A stretch of 64,000 nucleotides of DNA, taken from the NCBI GenBank assembly GCA_963662615.2, contig CAXXSR010000001.1:1760001-1824000 (forward strand), given 5' to 3'. The position numbers were made by a program, and so were the translations under genes. How positions within the stretch are numbered: position 1 is the stretch's first letter; each line of letters opens with the position of its first letter. This stretch comes from Dehalococcoidia bacterium. Its GTDB lineage: Bacteria; Chloroflexota; Dehalococcoidia; Bin125. The notes under the pieces are model-generated. The model saw only the letters and a list, made by a program, of their open reading frames with translations. It had not been told where the DNA came from and searched no databases. Below, piece after piece: positions 39,484-48,684 of this stretch.

Positions 39484-39942
39484 TCACGATCGCACGGATC
39501 GCAGTCGGACCACGGGAATCTCGCGAGCCTGTGCGCGCTCTTGGTACTCCACGTAAGGCGGATACGCCTTGGTCACTCGATCCCACAGACTCGCCCGTTC
39601 TTCCCCAGTAACGACCTCTGCCCGCACAGACCGCCGACTACGCCTCACGCGGACCCAAGCCTGCGGATCCGCTGCGAGGTTCTGAAACCAACTGGGGTGC
39701 TGTGGAGCGCCTCCCACGGAGCCAATGACGACGTAGGCGTCGCCGTCCCGAAAGTAGAACAGCGGCGTCGCCACGAGGTCACCCGACGTGCGTCCAATGG
39801 TCGTGATCGTGAAGGTCGGCACCGGCGGCACACCCGCTTGGCCGCAAACGTGGCGACTGACGATAGAAAAGTCGAACCAGCGGACAAGGAACGCCTCAAC
39901 GGGCCGCAGGAGATTTACCCGGTTCAGTAGGTTGAAGAGCAT
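39484..39942 (-). CDS. Deazaflavin (F420)-dependent nitroreductase / quinone reductase family (Ddn-like)
   Basis: TTIGRTSG, SVGGAPQHPSWFQNL and YQERAQAREIPVV motifs. Confidence 0.9.
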   Translation of the reverse strand: MLFNLLNRVNLLRPVEAFLVRWFDFSIVSRHVCGQAGVPPVPTFTITTIGRTSGDLVATPLFYFRDGDAYVVIGSVGGAPQHPSWFQNLAADPQAWVRVRRSRRSVRAEVVTGEERASLWDRVTKAYPPYVEYQERAQAREIPVVRLRSVRS

Positions 39943-39999
39943 GAAGACCTCCCCGCTGGCCAGGATAGCGCGCCTGCATCAAGCGCGGACTGCGTCCGA

Positions 40000-41655
40000 T
40001 CAGCCGAAGGCGGCTCGGTGCGAGATCGCCATCTCGTCGCTGGTGATGAAATCCAAGAGCGCCGCCTTGCCCTCCTCGGTCGCCCGCCTCGCCCGCAGGA
40101 TCGCGGGGCCGACCTCAGCGGGCTCCTCGACCCGTTCCGACCAGCCGCCCAGCGAACGGGCGATATCGGCATACTCCCCGCCGACGTCGCGGGCGTTGTA
40201 TTTCTCGTGCGAGATCTTCATGTGGCTCGTCTCAACCGCCATGGTCGAGTTGTCCAGCACCACGGTGCAGATCGGCAGATCGGTTCTGACCGCGGTCTCG
40301 AAATCGAGCCCGGTCATCCCGAAGGCCGCATCGCCCATCACATTGATGCAGAACTTCCCCGGCGCCGCCAGCTTGGCGCCGATGATGAGGCCGAGTCCGG
40401 TGCCGAGCTGGTGCGATTTGCCCCAGCCAATGTAGCTGCGCGGGCCGTCGGCACGGTAGAAGGGCATCATCTCAAAGCGCGGATTGCCCGAGTCGTGGGT
40501 GACGATGGCATCCGAGGGTGGGACGTTCTGCATCAGCTCCCAGATCACCCGGTAGGGATTGATGGGGACCTCGTCCGAGGTCAGCTTCGGCATCCATTCG
40601 GCGAGCCAAGACTCACGCACGGCCGCGATGTCGCCGGCCACGTCCTTGTCCTCCCGATGGGATCTGCCGCGAAGGAGATCGGTGCAGCAGTCGATGAACT
40701 GGCGCAGCACCAGCTTGGCGTCGCCCAGGATGGGGTAGTCAACCCGGTAAGACTTGTGCAGGTCGATCGGATCGTTGGTCGCCTGAATGATCGTCTTGCC
40801 CGGCGGCACCGTCGTCACCATGCCGTGTCGGGTCATGCTCGTGCCGACCGCCAGCACCAGGTCCGCATCACGGAGGAACTGGTACACCGGCCCGCTCATC
40901 ACGGCGGACCCGCTGCCGAGCGCCAGGGGATGATGCCTCTCCGAGATCGCGCTCTTGCCTTCCATCGTGGTCATCACCGGAAGCTTCAGCAGTTCGGCCA
41001 GCTCCTCCAGCTCAGGCGACGCTTCCGCGTAGAGCACGCCCGCGCCGGCGATGACGATCGGCCGCTCGGCGGCGAGCAGGGCCTGCGCCGCGGCCTCGAT
41101 ATCGGCGAGGTCTGCCTGCGCGCGCGCGGCTTTGACCGGCACGTAATCCTCCAAGAGGGACGGATCGATCTCCTGCCCGGCCACGTCCTGCGGCACCTCC
41201 ACCATCACCGGCCCCGGGCGCCCGATCTTCATGCCTGCGAAGGCGCGGCGCATGGCGTCCACGATCCGCTCCGGGATGGTGACTTGCTCAACCGACTTGG
41301 TCATGGGTTCGTACACCGCGGTCGCATTGAAGAGCGGGAACACCCGATCGCGATGCCGCGGATGCCCGAGCGGCAGCAGCAACAGCGGCGTCGAATCCGA
41401 GAAGGCGGTAGCGACGCCGGCGAAGGCGTTCTCCGCCCCGGGGCCGTACTGCATGGCGAACACCGAAGGCGGCCGGCCGTTGCTGACCCGTGCGAAGCCG
41501 TCGGCGATGCCGACGCCGACCCGCTCTTGGCGGCAGATGATCGGCCGGATGCCGGCGTCCGACGTGGCCTCGATCAAGGCGGTCGTCGGGTAGCAGCTCA
41601 GGTGTTCCACGCCCTCTCGCTTCAGAATTTCGGTGATGGCCTCGTTGACGTTCAC
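40000..41655 (-). CDS. Thiamine pyrophosphate-dependent enzyme (acetolactate synthase-like)
   Basis: CRQERVG, QYGPGAENA, RPGPV and GDAAFGM...N TPP motif; AAGGAGG then GTG 41655. Confidence 0.92.
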   Translation of the reverse strand: MNVNEAITEILKREGVEHLSCYPTTALIEATSDAGIRPIICRQERVGVGIADGFARVSNGRPPSVFAMQYGPGAENAFAGVATAFSDSTPLLLLPLGHPRHRDRVFPLFNATAVYEPMTKSVEQVTIPERIVDAMRRAFAGMKIGRPGPVMVEVPQDVAGQEIDPSLLEDYVPVKAARAQADLADIEAAAQALLAAERPIVIAGAGVLYAEASPELEELAELLKLPVMTTMEGKSAISERHHPLALGSGSAVMSGPVYQFLRDADLVLAVGTSMTRHGMVTTVPPGKTIIQATNDPIDLHKSYRVDYPILGDAKLVLRQFIDCCTDLLRGRSHREDKDVAGDIAAVRESWLAEWMPKLTSDEVPINPYRVIWELMQNVPPSDAIVTHDSGNPRFEMMPFYRADGPRSYIGWGKSHQLGTGLGLIIGAKLAAPGKFCINVMGDAAFGMTGLDFETAVRTDLPICTVVLDNSTMAVETSHMKISHEKYNARDVGGEYADIARSLGGWSERVEEPAEVGPAILRARRATEEGKAALLDFITSDEMAISHRAAFG

Positions 41656-42040
41656 AGGCTTCCTCCTTGGCTGATTTCCTCGGACCGTCGCCGGTCTGGG
41701 TTCCGGGGCGACCGCCCGGGGTTTCGCCCGACCTCGCGCCCCGCCGGAGCGTCCAGGGACTGGCGCAACCGAGGGTCCGATGATCGCCGAATTCACCTAC
41801 GGCTACAAGGGAAAGGTGCCGCCATAGTCGGGAGAAGCCTGCCACAATCGGCGCTCGTGTCATCGCGTCCCTCACGTTGCTTCGGGCGCGGCGTAGAGGT
41901 TGGCCTCGCCCCGCCCCTCCCTGGTTCTACAATGCGCCCGACCGCCGCCCGCTGCGCCCGGCAACACACGCCGCAGCCGCGCGCGACGGACCCACGGCGG
42001 CGGCGCGCGCCGGCGCAGGCGATGGAACGGGGAGGACGCT

Positions 42041-42925
42041 ATGCCGGAGCGGCTGCAGGTAGGCAGCGCGACTATCGCCGTCGCGCGGGACGCGGACTAC
42101 CGCCTGGCGGCAGGCGAGTTTCTGCGGGACGCGGAACGGAAGGAGATCGCGCCGGAAGCGTTTCGGCCCTATCTCGGTGACCGCGACCCGGCGGAACCCG
42201 AAGAGTCGCAGGTCGTCACGTTCGTGATCCGGAGCAGGGGCCAGACGATCCTGGTCGACGCCGGGGTCGGGCCGTGGGGCCTGTGGCGATTCGGCCAGGG
42301 ACATCTGCTCGATTCGCTGGCGAGCCTCGACCTCGGGCCGGAGGCGATTGATTACGTGCTGCCCACGCATCTGCACCTCGACCACGTGGGCTGGAACACG
42401 CGCCCCTCGGACGCCGGACCCGTGCCGACGTTTCCGAACGCGCGCTATCTGTTTCAGCAGGCCGACTGGGACCACTTCACGGGCAAGGAGTTCTTGAACG
42501 GGGAGGGGCCGCTGGTGGAGATGGTGCGCCAGGCCGTCCTGCCGCTGGAGCACACGGGCTTGATGGACCTGATCGGCTCGGAGCACACGGTGACGGAAGA
42601 GGTGACGCTGCTGCATACCCCGGGGCACACGCCCGGATCGGTGTCGGTGCTGGTGCAGTCGGGCGGCGAGGCGGCGCTGCTGGTCGGTGATGCCGCGCAT
42701 CATCCCTTGCAACTGACACAGACGGACTGGGCGCCGCTGGTCGACGTCGATGCGTCGCTCTCGGCCCGCTCGCGTCAGGCGATTGTGGAGCAGGCGAAGC
42801 GGCTGGATGCGTACGTGGCCGGGGGGCACTTCCTGGCGGCGGATCCGACCTTCGGCAAGATCATCCAGTTCGAGGGCCGGAACGTCTGGCGAGGGGTGAC
42901 GCTGGGGGACCAGTCGCCGCGCTGA
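42041..42925 (+). CDS. MBL-fold metallo-hydrolase
   Basis: THLHLDHVGWN, TPGHTPG, GDAAH and GHF motifs. Confidence 0.92.
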   Translation: MPERLQVGSATIAVARDADYRLAAGEFLRDAERKEIAPEAFRPYLGDRDPAEPEESQVVTFVIRSRGQTILVDAGVGPWGLWRFGQGHLLDSLASLDLGPEAIDYVLPTHLHLDHVGWNTRPSDAGPVPTFPNARYLFQQADWDHFTGKEFLNGEGPLVEMVRQAVLPLEHTGLMDLIGSEHTVTEEVTLLHTPGHTPGSVSVLVQSGGEAALLVGDAAHHPLQLTQTDWAPLVDVDASLSARSRQAIVEQAKRLDAYVAGGHFLAADPTFGKIIQFEGRNVWRGVTLGDQSPR

Positions 42926-43287
42926 GGACAGGACGGTCCGGCATAGAGCCCGTTACGCGGTGCGACACGCGCCACTGACTCAGGATGTCGCGAACAGCGT
43001 CGGACAGACCGGTCCAAGATAGAAATCGATCCTCGTCTTCCGACGCCTTTCCCCGCCCCACCCCCGGCAGACGATCCCGGTGCCGACCCTAGCGTAAGAA
43101 GTGGTACAAAGGCTGGGGCAGGGCAGGGGCGCTCCTGCGGGTGATGCGCAGGACCCTAGGGGGAGGGGAGATGGGAGCGTCGGAGCCAAGCGGCCGAGGC
43201 CGCGCCTCAGAATATCCCTGGGCTTGAACGGGGAACGGGCCCGGAAGAGAGCTTCGGAGTGTTCGCGAGGGAATGGTGAGGTGATGC

Positions 43288-44091
43288 ATGCCTGAACGGC
43301 TGCAGGAGCGGGTTGCGGTGGTGGTCGGCGGGGGCCAGACGCCCGGCGAGACCGTGGGCAACGGCCGGGCCACCGCAATCGTGCTGGCGCGCGCGGGAGC
43401 GACGGTTCTCGTTGCCGATCGCTTTCTCGAATCCGCTCAGGAGACAGTGTCGACGATCGAGGCCGAGGGCGGGAGCGCCTGGGCCTTCGCCGCCGATATC
43501 CGCCAAGAGGCGGACTGTCGCGCCATCACGGAAGCGTGTCTAGAACGTCACGGCCGCATTGACATCCTGCACAACAACGTGGGTGTCAGCGTGGAGTACG
43601 ACGACGCGCCTGCGACCGAATTACCGTCGGAGAACTTCGACGCGATCTGGTCGATCAACCTGCGCGGGATGTGGCTCACCTGCAAATACGCGGTTCCGCC
43701 GATGCGCGAGCAGGGCCGCGGGTCGATCGTGAACATCTCCTCGGTGGCGGCGCGGCTGGCCTTCCCGGGGGTCGCCTACAAGACGACGAAGATCGCCGTG
43801 TTGGGGCTCACGCAGAGCCTGGCGCTGGCCTACGCACCGCACGGCGTCCGTGTGAACGCGATCCTGCCGGGGCTGATGAACACGCCGATGGCGATTGAGA
43901 ATCGTGTCGCGCGGGGCGCCGACCGCGCGGAGCTGATCGCGCAGCGCGATCGTAGCGTGCCCTTGGGCGGCAAAATGGGGACGGGCTGGGACGTGGCTGC
44001 CGCGGCGCTGTTTTTGCACTCCGACGATGCGCGCTTCATCACCGGGGTCTCCCTGCCCGTGGACGGGGGCCAGGAGCTGCGCGGGGGATAG
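43288..44091 (+). CDS. Short-chain dehydrogenase/reductase
   Basis: GNGRA, HNNVG, NISS, YKTTK, PGLMNTP and VDGG motifs. Confidence 0.93.
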   Translation: MPERLQERVAVVVGGGQTPGETVGNGRATAIVLARAGATVLVADRFLESAQETVSTIEAEGGSAWAFAADIRQEADCRAITEACLERHGRIDILHNNVGVSVEYDDAPATELPSENFDAIWSINLRGMWLTCKYAVPPMREQGRGSIVNISSVAARLAFPGVAYKTTKIAVLGLTQSLALAYAPHGVRVNAILPGLMNTPMAIENRVARGADRAELIAQRDRSVPLGGKMGTGWDVAAAALFLHSDDARFITGVSLPVDGGQELRGG

Positions 44092-44189
44092 CCGACGCAG
44101 GAGCGCGAGCACGATCCTGTCCGGTCGCGCGGCAGCGGTAGTTCACGGCCTCTTCCGCGTGGGACTCGGCGTGTGCTTGCAAGAGCGGG

Positions 44190-44311
44190 GTGAGGTTGCG
44201 AGGGTGCGCGTAGTAGGCGCCCTGCGCCAGCGACGCCTCGCTGGGGAACGATCCGACGATGAGGACGCGCAACGCGGCCGGCAGCATGGGATCAAGGCCG
44301 CGCTTAGGCAA
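44190..44311 (-). pseudogene. 5' remnant of a uracil/hypoxanthine-DNA glycosylase family gene
   Basis: GLDPMLPAALRVLIVGSFPSEASLAQGAYYAHPRN matches the GSxP...SL...YYAHPRN N-terminal motif; similarity then stops abruptly. Confidence 0.65.
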
Positions 44312-45494
44312 TGGCCCCCGACTCCCGCAGTGAGGCCAGCTCGGCCTCGGTGAGGTTCAGGTCTGCCTGCAACACCGCATCCGTGTGCTGTCCCAGCAGC
44401 GGGGCGGTCTGCAGCGGCCCCTCGGCGCCCGGCATCCGGATCGGATTCCGCATGAACTCCAACTCGCCCAGGGTGGGGTGCTGCACCGGCTGGATGAAGT
44501 CGCGGGCTTGCAGGTGCGGATCGGTCCAGAGGTCATGGGTGTCGAGCACGGCGCTGCAGGGAACGCCGACCTCGGCGAGGTGCCGCATGGCCTCGTATTT
44601 CGTGCGCCGGCGCGTCCATTGGGAGATCTCGGCATGCAACGCCTCCCGATTCTCCAGGCGGCCTGCGTCCGTGGCGAAGCGGGGGTCGGTGACCAGATCC
44701 GGCCGATCGATGATGGCGCAGAGCGTGTCCCACATCGCCGTCGTCACCGCCATGATGTAGACGTAGTCGTTCGGGCCCAGCGGCTTCGTCGGGTAGAGGT
44801 CGCTGGGGGCGCCCGACCAGCTGTTCGTCCGCGGGGCCGCCTTCGCGCCCCAGTCCGAGTTCAACGCCACCCAGGTGCGCATGAAGTACGTCACCGCTTC
44901 CTGCATGGACAGCTCAATGCACTGCCCCTGGCCCGTGCGCTGCTGCTGCACGTAGGCGGCGGTGATCGCCAGCGCCAGCTGGAGCCCGGCGCCGGAGTCT
45001 CCGATACTGGGACCGGGACGGACGGGCGGACCCCCAGCCTCCCCGGTCACGGAGAACGCCCCCCCGGCGGCCTGCGCCACCATATCGAAGGACTTGTAGC
45101 CGCTGTAGGGCCCCGACAGCCCGAAGCCCTTGATCCGGGCGTAGATGATGCCCGGGTTGATCGCGCGCACCACGTCGTAGCCAATGTCGAGCTTCTCGAT
45201 CACGCCGGGCCCGTAGTTCTCCGCCAGCACGTCGTAGTGCGCCGCCAGCCGCAGCAGCAGCGCGCGCCCGGCCGTGGCCCCGACGTCAATGCAGATCCCG
45301 CGCTTGTTCGCGTTCCAGTTCAGGAAATAGGGCGAGTTGTCGGCCGCGCCGGCCACCGTGCGGGCGGGGTCGCCGCCGTGGGGCCGTTCCACCTTGACCA
45401 CATCGGCGCCCAACCAGGCCAGCATCTGCGTGCCGGCGGGGCCCGCTTCCCACTGCGTCAGATCCAGCACCCGCATCCCATCCAAAGCCGGCAT
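44304..45494 (-). CDS. Family III CoA-transferase (CaiB/BaiF, formyl-CoA transferase-like)
   Basis: LDGMRVLDLTQWEAGP, LGADVVKVE, NANKRG, GD catalytic site and APLLGQHT motifs. Confidence 0.93.
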   Translation of the reverse strand: MPALDGMRVLDLTQWEAGPAGTQMLAWLGADVVKVERPHGGDPARTVAGAADNSPYFLNWNANKRGICIDVGATAGRALLLRLAAHYDVLAENYGPGVIEKLDIGYDVVRAINPGIIYARIKGFGLSGPYSGYKSFDMVAQAAGGAFSVTGEAGGPPVRPGPSIGDSGAGLQLALAITAAYVQQQRTGQGQCIELSMQEAVTYFMRTWVALNSDWGAKAAPRTNSWSGAPSDLYPTKPLGPNDYVYIMAVTTAMWDTLCAIIDRPDLVTDPRFATDAGRLENREALHAEISQWTRRRTKYEAMRHLAEVGVPCSAVLDTHDLWTDPHLQARDFIQPVQHPTLGELEFMRNPIRMPGAEGPLQTAPLLGQHTDAVLQADLNLTEAELASLRESGAIA

Positions 45495-45669
45495 CGTCCC
45501 ACCCACCTGCCCTGCTCCGCTGGCGCCTCGGCCTCATGCTAGCGTGCGCCGTAGTCCCGCGGCCGCTCCGACGCAGCGTCGCTGGAGCCGATAGACGGCT
45601 CGCGGACCGCCGCAGTGAATTCAACGGCGCAAGAGCGCGACCTGCTGCGTTGAACCGCGTGTCAAAAAA

Positions 45670-46713
45670 TCAGATCCCGGTGTTGCTCCCGGGCTCCACC
45701 AGCACTTTCACCTGCGCCGTAGGCCGAGCGAGTGTACGGAACATCGCGGGAGCGGCGTCGAGGTCGATGATGTCGGAGATGAGGTGGTCGGCATCTATGT
45801 CGGCACCGGCGAGCGTATTCAATGCCTCCCGGAACTCTGCGTGGGTGTAACCGAAGACGAAATGCACCTGCACCTCCTTGCGCTGCGCCGTCAGAGGCTT
45901 GAGCTGGTATGGCTCCATGCACACGCCGGTCACAGCGACGCGCCCATCTCGCGCTGCCATGCGCGTAGCCTCCTGTAACGTGGGTGGCGTGCCGACGCAG
46001 TCGAAGACAACCGCGGGCCATTTTCCCTTCGTCAATTCGCGCAGTTGCACGACCGGATCCGTTTCCGTTGGATCGACGGCAGTGTCTGCGCCCAGTGCCA
46101 AGGCCTGCGCGCGCCGACTCGGTAGCGGGTCCGATACGACGAGCGGCTCCGCGCCGCGGATCTTCGCCCAGATCACAGTGAGCAGTCCTATGGGGCCAGC
46201 GCCCATGATGACGCAGGGTTCGCCTGGCTGGAGCCGGACGCGGTTGACGCTGTGCAGCGCCACCGCGAACGGTTCTGTGAGCGCGGCGCGACGGTAGGAG
46301 AGCCCTTCCGGAATACGGAACAGCACGTGCGGGCTGGTTCGCACGTACTCCGCGAAGGCGCCGGGCACGCCAAGATGGCTCAGGCCGATCCCGCGAACGC
46401 GGTCGCAGCGCCAGTCGTAGCCGGCGGCGCACTCCTGGCAGGCGCCGCAGGTGAGGAAAGGCATCGCCACGACGCGGTCACCAGGGGCCCAACCCTCAAC
46501 CCCGGCCGTCAGCTCCGCCACCTCGCCCGAAAATTCATGACCGAGGACGGTTCCCGGCCCTGTATTGAAGACGCCGGGATAGCGAAGCGCATGAAGATCG
46601 GTAGCGCAGATGCCACAGTCCGCTACCTTCACGACGACTTCGCCGGGCTCGGCAGCAAGCTCAACGTCCTGCACGCTCAGCTGGCCAACCCCGCTCACCA
46701 CTAGAGTGCGCAT
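45670..46713 (-). CDS. Zn-dependent alcohol dehydrogenase (MDR family)
   Basis: CGICATDLH, GHE, CGACQEC...C and GAGPIG motifs; paralog of 36058-37098. Confidence 0.94.
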   Translation of the reverse strand: MRTLVVSGVGQLSVQDVELAAEPGEVVVKVADCGICATDLHALRYPGVFNTGPGTVLGHEFSGEVAELTAGVEGWAPGDRVVAMPFLTCGACQECAAGYDWRCDRVRGIGLSHLGVPGAFAEYVRTSPHVLFRIPEGLSYRRAALTEPFAVALHSVNRVRLQPGEPCVIMGAGPIGLLTVIWAKIRGAEPLVVSDPLPSRRAQALALGADTAVDPTETDPVVQLRELTKGKWPAVVFDCVGTPPTLQEATRMAARDGRVAVTGVCMEPYQLKPLTAQRKEVQVHFVFGYTHAEFREALNTLAGADIDADHLISDIIDLDAAPAMFRTLARPTAQVKVLVEPGSNTGI

Positions 46714-46745
46714 CGCGGCTCCTTTGCTGCCCTCGACAGCAGCGC

Positions 46746-46883
46746 CCGGCGAACGAGTGGCGGCGCCTGCAGTATGCGGAAGGCTACCACTGGATCTTGG
46801 TGAACGGCATGATCACGTTTGAGGCCCACTGCTGCGCGGGCGCCACGCCCGGCAAGCTGTTGCGGCGCTGCCTGCCGGCCTAG
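46746..46883 (+). pseudogene. 3' remnant of an N-acyl-D-amino-acid deacylase paralog
   Basis: Translates PANEWRRLQYAEGYHWILVNGMITFEAHCCAGATPGKLLRR, aligning with the C-terminus of 48685-50430. Confidence 0.82.
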
Positions 46884-46902
46884 ATGAGGCGCTCCCGCTC
46901 AC

Positions 46903-46936
46903 AGAAAGGGCCCGGCCGAAAGGCCGGGCCCTTTCT
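46903..46936. terminator. Intrinsic terminator, probably bidirectional
   Basis: AGAAAGGGCCCGGCC-GAAA-GGCCGGGCCCTTTCT, with short T-tracts on both strands. Confidence 0.8.
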
Positions 46937-47010
46937 CTGCAATTCCATTTCGCCCTGTACAAGGGCCGACTGGGCGAGGCGTCTCCTCGCTGCTCGACTC
47001 TGCCAGCCCC

Positions 47011-48231
47011 CTACCCCAGCGGCGGATAGAATTCACACTCGATCGTTCCCACTGTGGTGCAGATATCGAAGCCGTGTTCCACGATATGCCGCTCGTCAAA
47101 CTTGAGCGTACCAAGCACGCCCTCGTATGTAAGGTCCTCCAGTGCCGCGACAATAGCATCGGTATCAGTGACCGTGCCTGCCTCTTCCATGGCTGCGGTC
47201 AGCATAAACACGTAATCGTAAATCAAGAGGGCCACCCCTGCGGCAATCGGCAGGTCCGCGCCCAGGAAAGTCCGGTAGCGGTCAAAGAAACTAGCGGCCG
47301 TGTCGCTCGACGTTACGCCGGCGCAAAGCGGGATGCAGAGCAGCAGGACCGGGACGTCCAGCGCAGGAAATCGCTCTACGTATGTTTCAGGGTCGACAGC
47401 GTGCAAGAGGTAGGTCGGCGCCGCGTCGAGTTCGATCGCTTGCTCTAGAGCGTTGATCTCTTCCGGTGGAGTGTGCCAGAAGTGGATCACATCAGGATTG
47501 GTTGCCTTCGTCGTTGTCAAGAATGGTGCAAAGTCCGTGGTCCCTGACGGGTAGAGGAGAGCATCTGCCTCGCCGACCTGCTTGAAACCCTCGAGCCACG
47601 TTTCAGAGATCGTTTGCCCGATCACGTCGTTGGGGATGTAGAGCACTTGGAATTCGGCGTTCGGCAATAACTCTTTCGTCGCCCGAGCGGTGACGTCCTG
47701 GCGTGTTTTATCGGCCGGGAACGACTTAAAGAGATAATGCAGGTCCCCGCCGGGCCCGGCCGTCTCGTTGGTGAGCATGGTCCCAAAGATCGTCGAACCC
47801 GCCATCATGATGATCTTCTCGGGGTTCGTCAGTTCCTGAATAAGGACCGAAAAGGTATCGACGATGGGACCGAAGATGAACTGCACCTGTTCGTCTCGGA
47901 TCAGCTCTGTCGCCGCGGCTACCCCGGCGGCGGGGTCCGAGCGGTCGTCACTTTCGACCAGCTCAAGGGTGTAGATCGTATCGCCAACCTGGAACCCACC
48001 CGCCTCGTTGATCTCTCGGACGGCCAAGCGGACGCCGTCCGCATGCGGCTCCCCCACGGAAACCAAGTCGCCCGAGAATGACGAAATAGATCCAATCTTG
48101 ACCACGCCCGTCTTCGCCTCGTCGTCGCCGCAGGCCGCCGCCAGCGCCAACGCAAAGACAATGACAACGAGCAGGAATGCGGCTGACCGTCCTTTAAGGT
48201 GTCCGACTCGAAGTTTCAGCATGTCGCTCAT
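47011..48231 (-). CDS. Branched-chain amino acid type (LivJ/K-like) ABC substrate-binding lipoprotein
   Basis: Lipobox AAAC; VKIG, LAVREINEAGG, DDRSDP, TDF and YD motifs; no permease adjacent. Confidence 0.9.
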   Translation of the reverse strand: MSDMLKLRVGHLKGRSAAFLLVVIVFALALAAACGDDEAKTGVVKIGSISSFSGDLVSVGEPHADGVRLAVREINEAGGFQVGDTIYTLELVESDDRSDPAAGVAAATELIRDEQVQFIFGPIVDTFSVLIQELTNPEKIIMMAGSTIFGTMLTNETAGPGGDLHYLFKSFPADKTRQDVTARATKELLPNAEFQVLYIPNDVIGQTISETWLEGFKQVGEADALLYPSGTTDFAPFLTTTKATNPDVIHFWHTPPEEINALEQAIELDAAPTYLLHAVDPETYVERFPALDVPVLLLCIPLCAGVTSSDTAASFFDRYRTFLGADLPIAAGVALLIYDYVFMLTAAMEEAGTVTDTDAIVAALEDLTYEGVLGTLKFDERHIVEHGFDICTTVGTIECEFYPPLG

Positions 48232-48684
48232 TTCCTTCCCTATCCTTCACTTGCACCTTCTTCGTGCATCCTCCCTGCCTCCGGGGAGAATCCCCGCTCA
48301 TGCACGCTGGTGCCTCTGTGACCGCGGGCTGCAAGCACTTTTGTTGCTTCGCGCAACCCCTACTCACGTGGCTGGGGATAACAGAACCGCCGCCACTTGG
48401 CAAGAGCCCCCCCCCGGCCGCGGAGATGGCGCGGGTGAGACACCTGGCTCCGTCCCGATGTTGGCTAGGGGAGTTGGACATTGCGTCCTGGAGACGCGTG
48501 CGAACTCTGAGGAAACCCACGATCCCGTCGGGGCTCACGTGACCCGAAGGAGACCGTGCATATGGCGGACCGACGACTCGAATCGTCGGCGAACCGATTC
48601 TCGGCGGCCGGCATCACCTCAGGAGGACCGTCGCGAGGCGGCGACGGCCTGGACGGTGCACTGCGAGCCCGTCTAGAACGGTTG

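Noticed and set aside
48232-48684. Possible riboswitch upstream of the solute-binding protein, or a decayed gene start at AAGGAG-ATG 48562
   Set aside because: No aptamer consensus recognised and no coherent reading frame.
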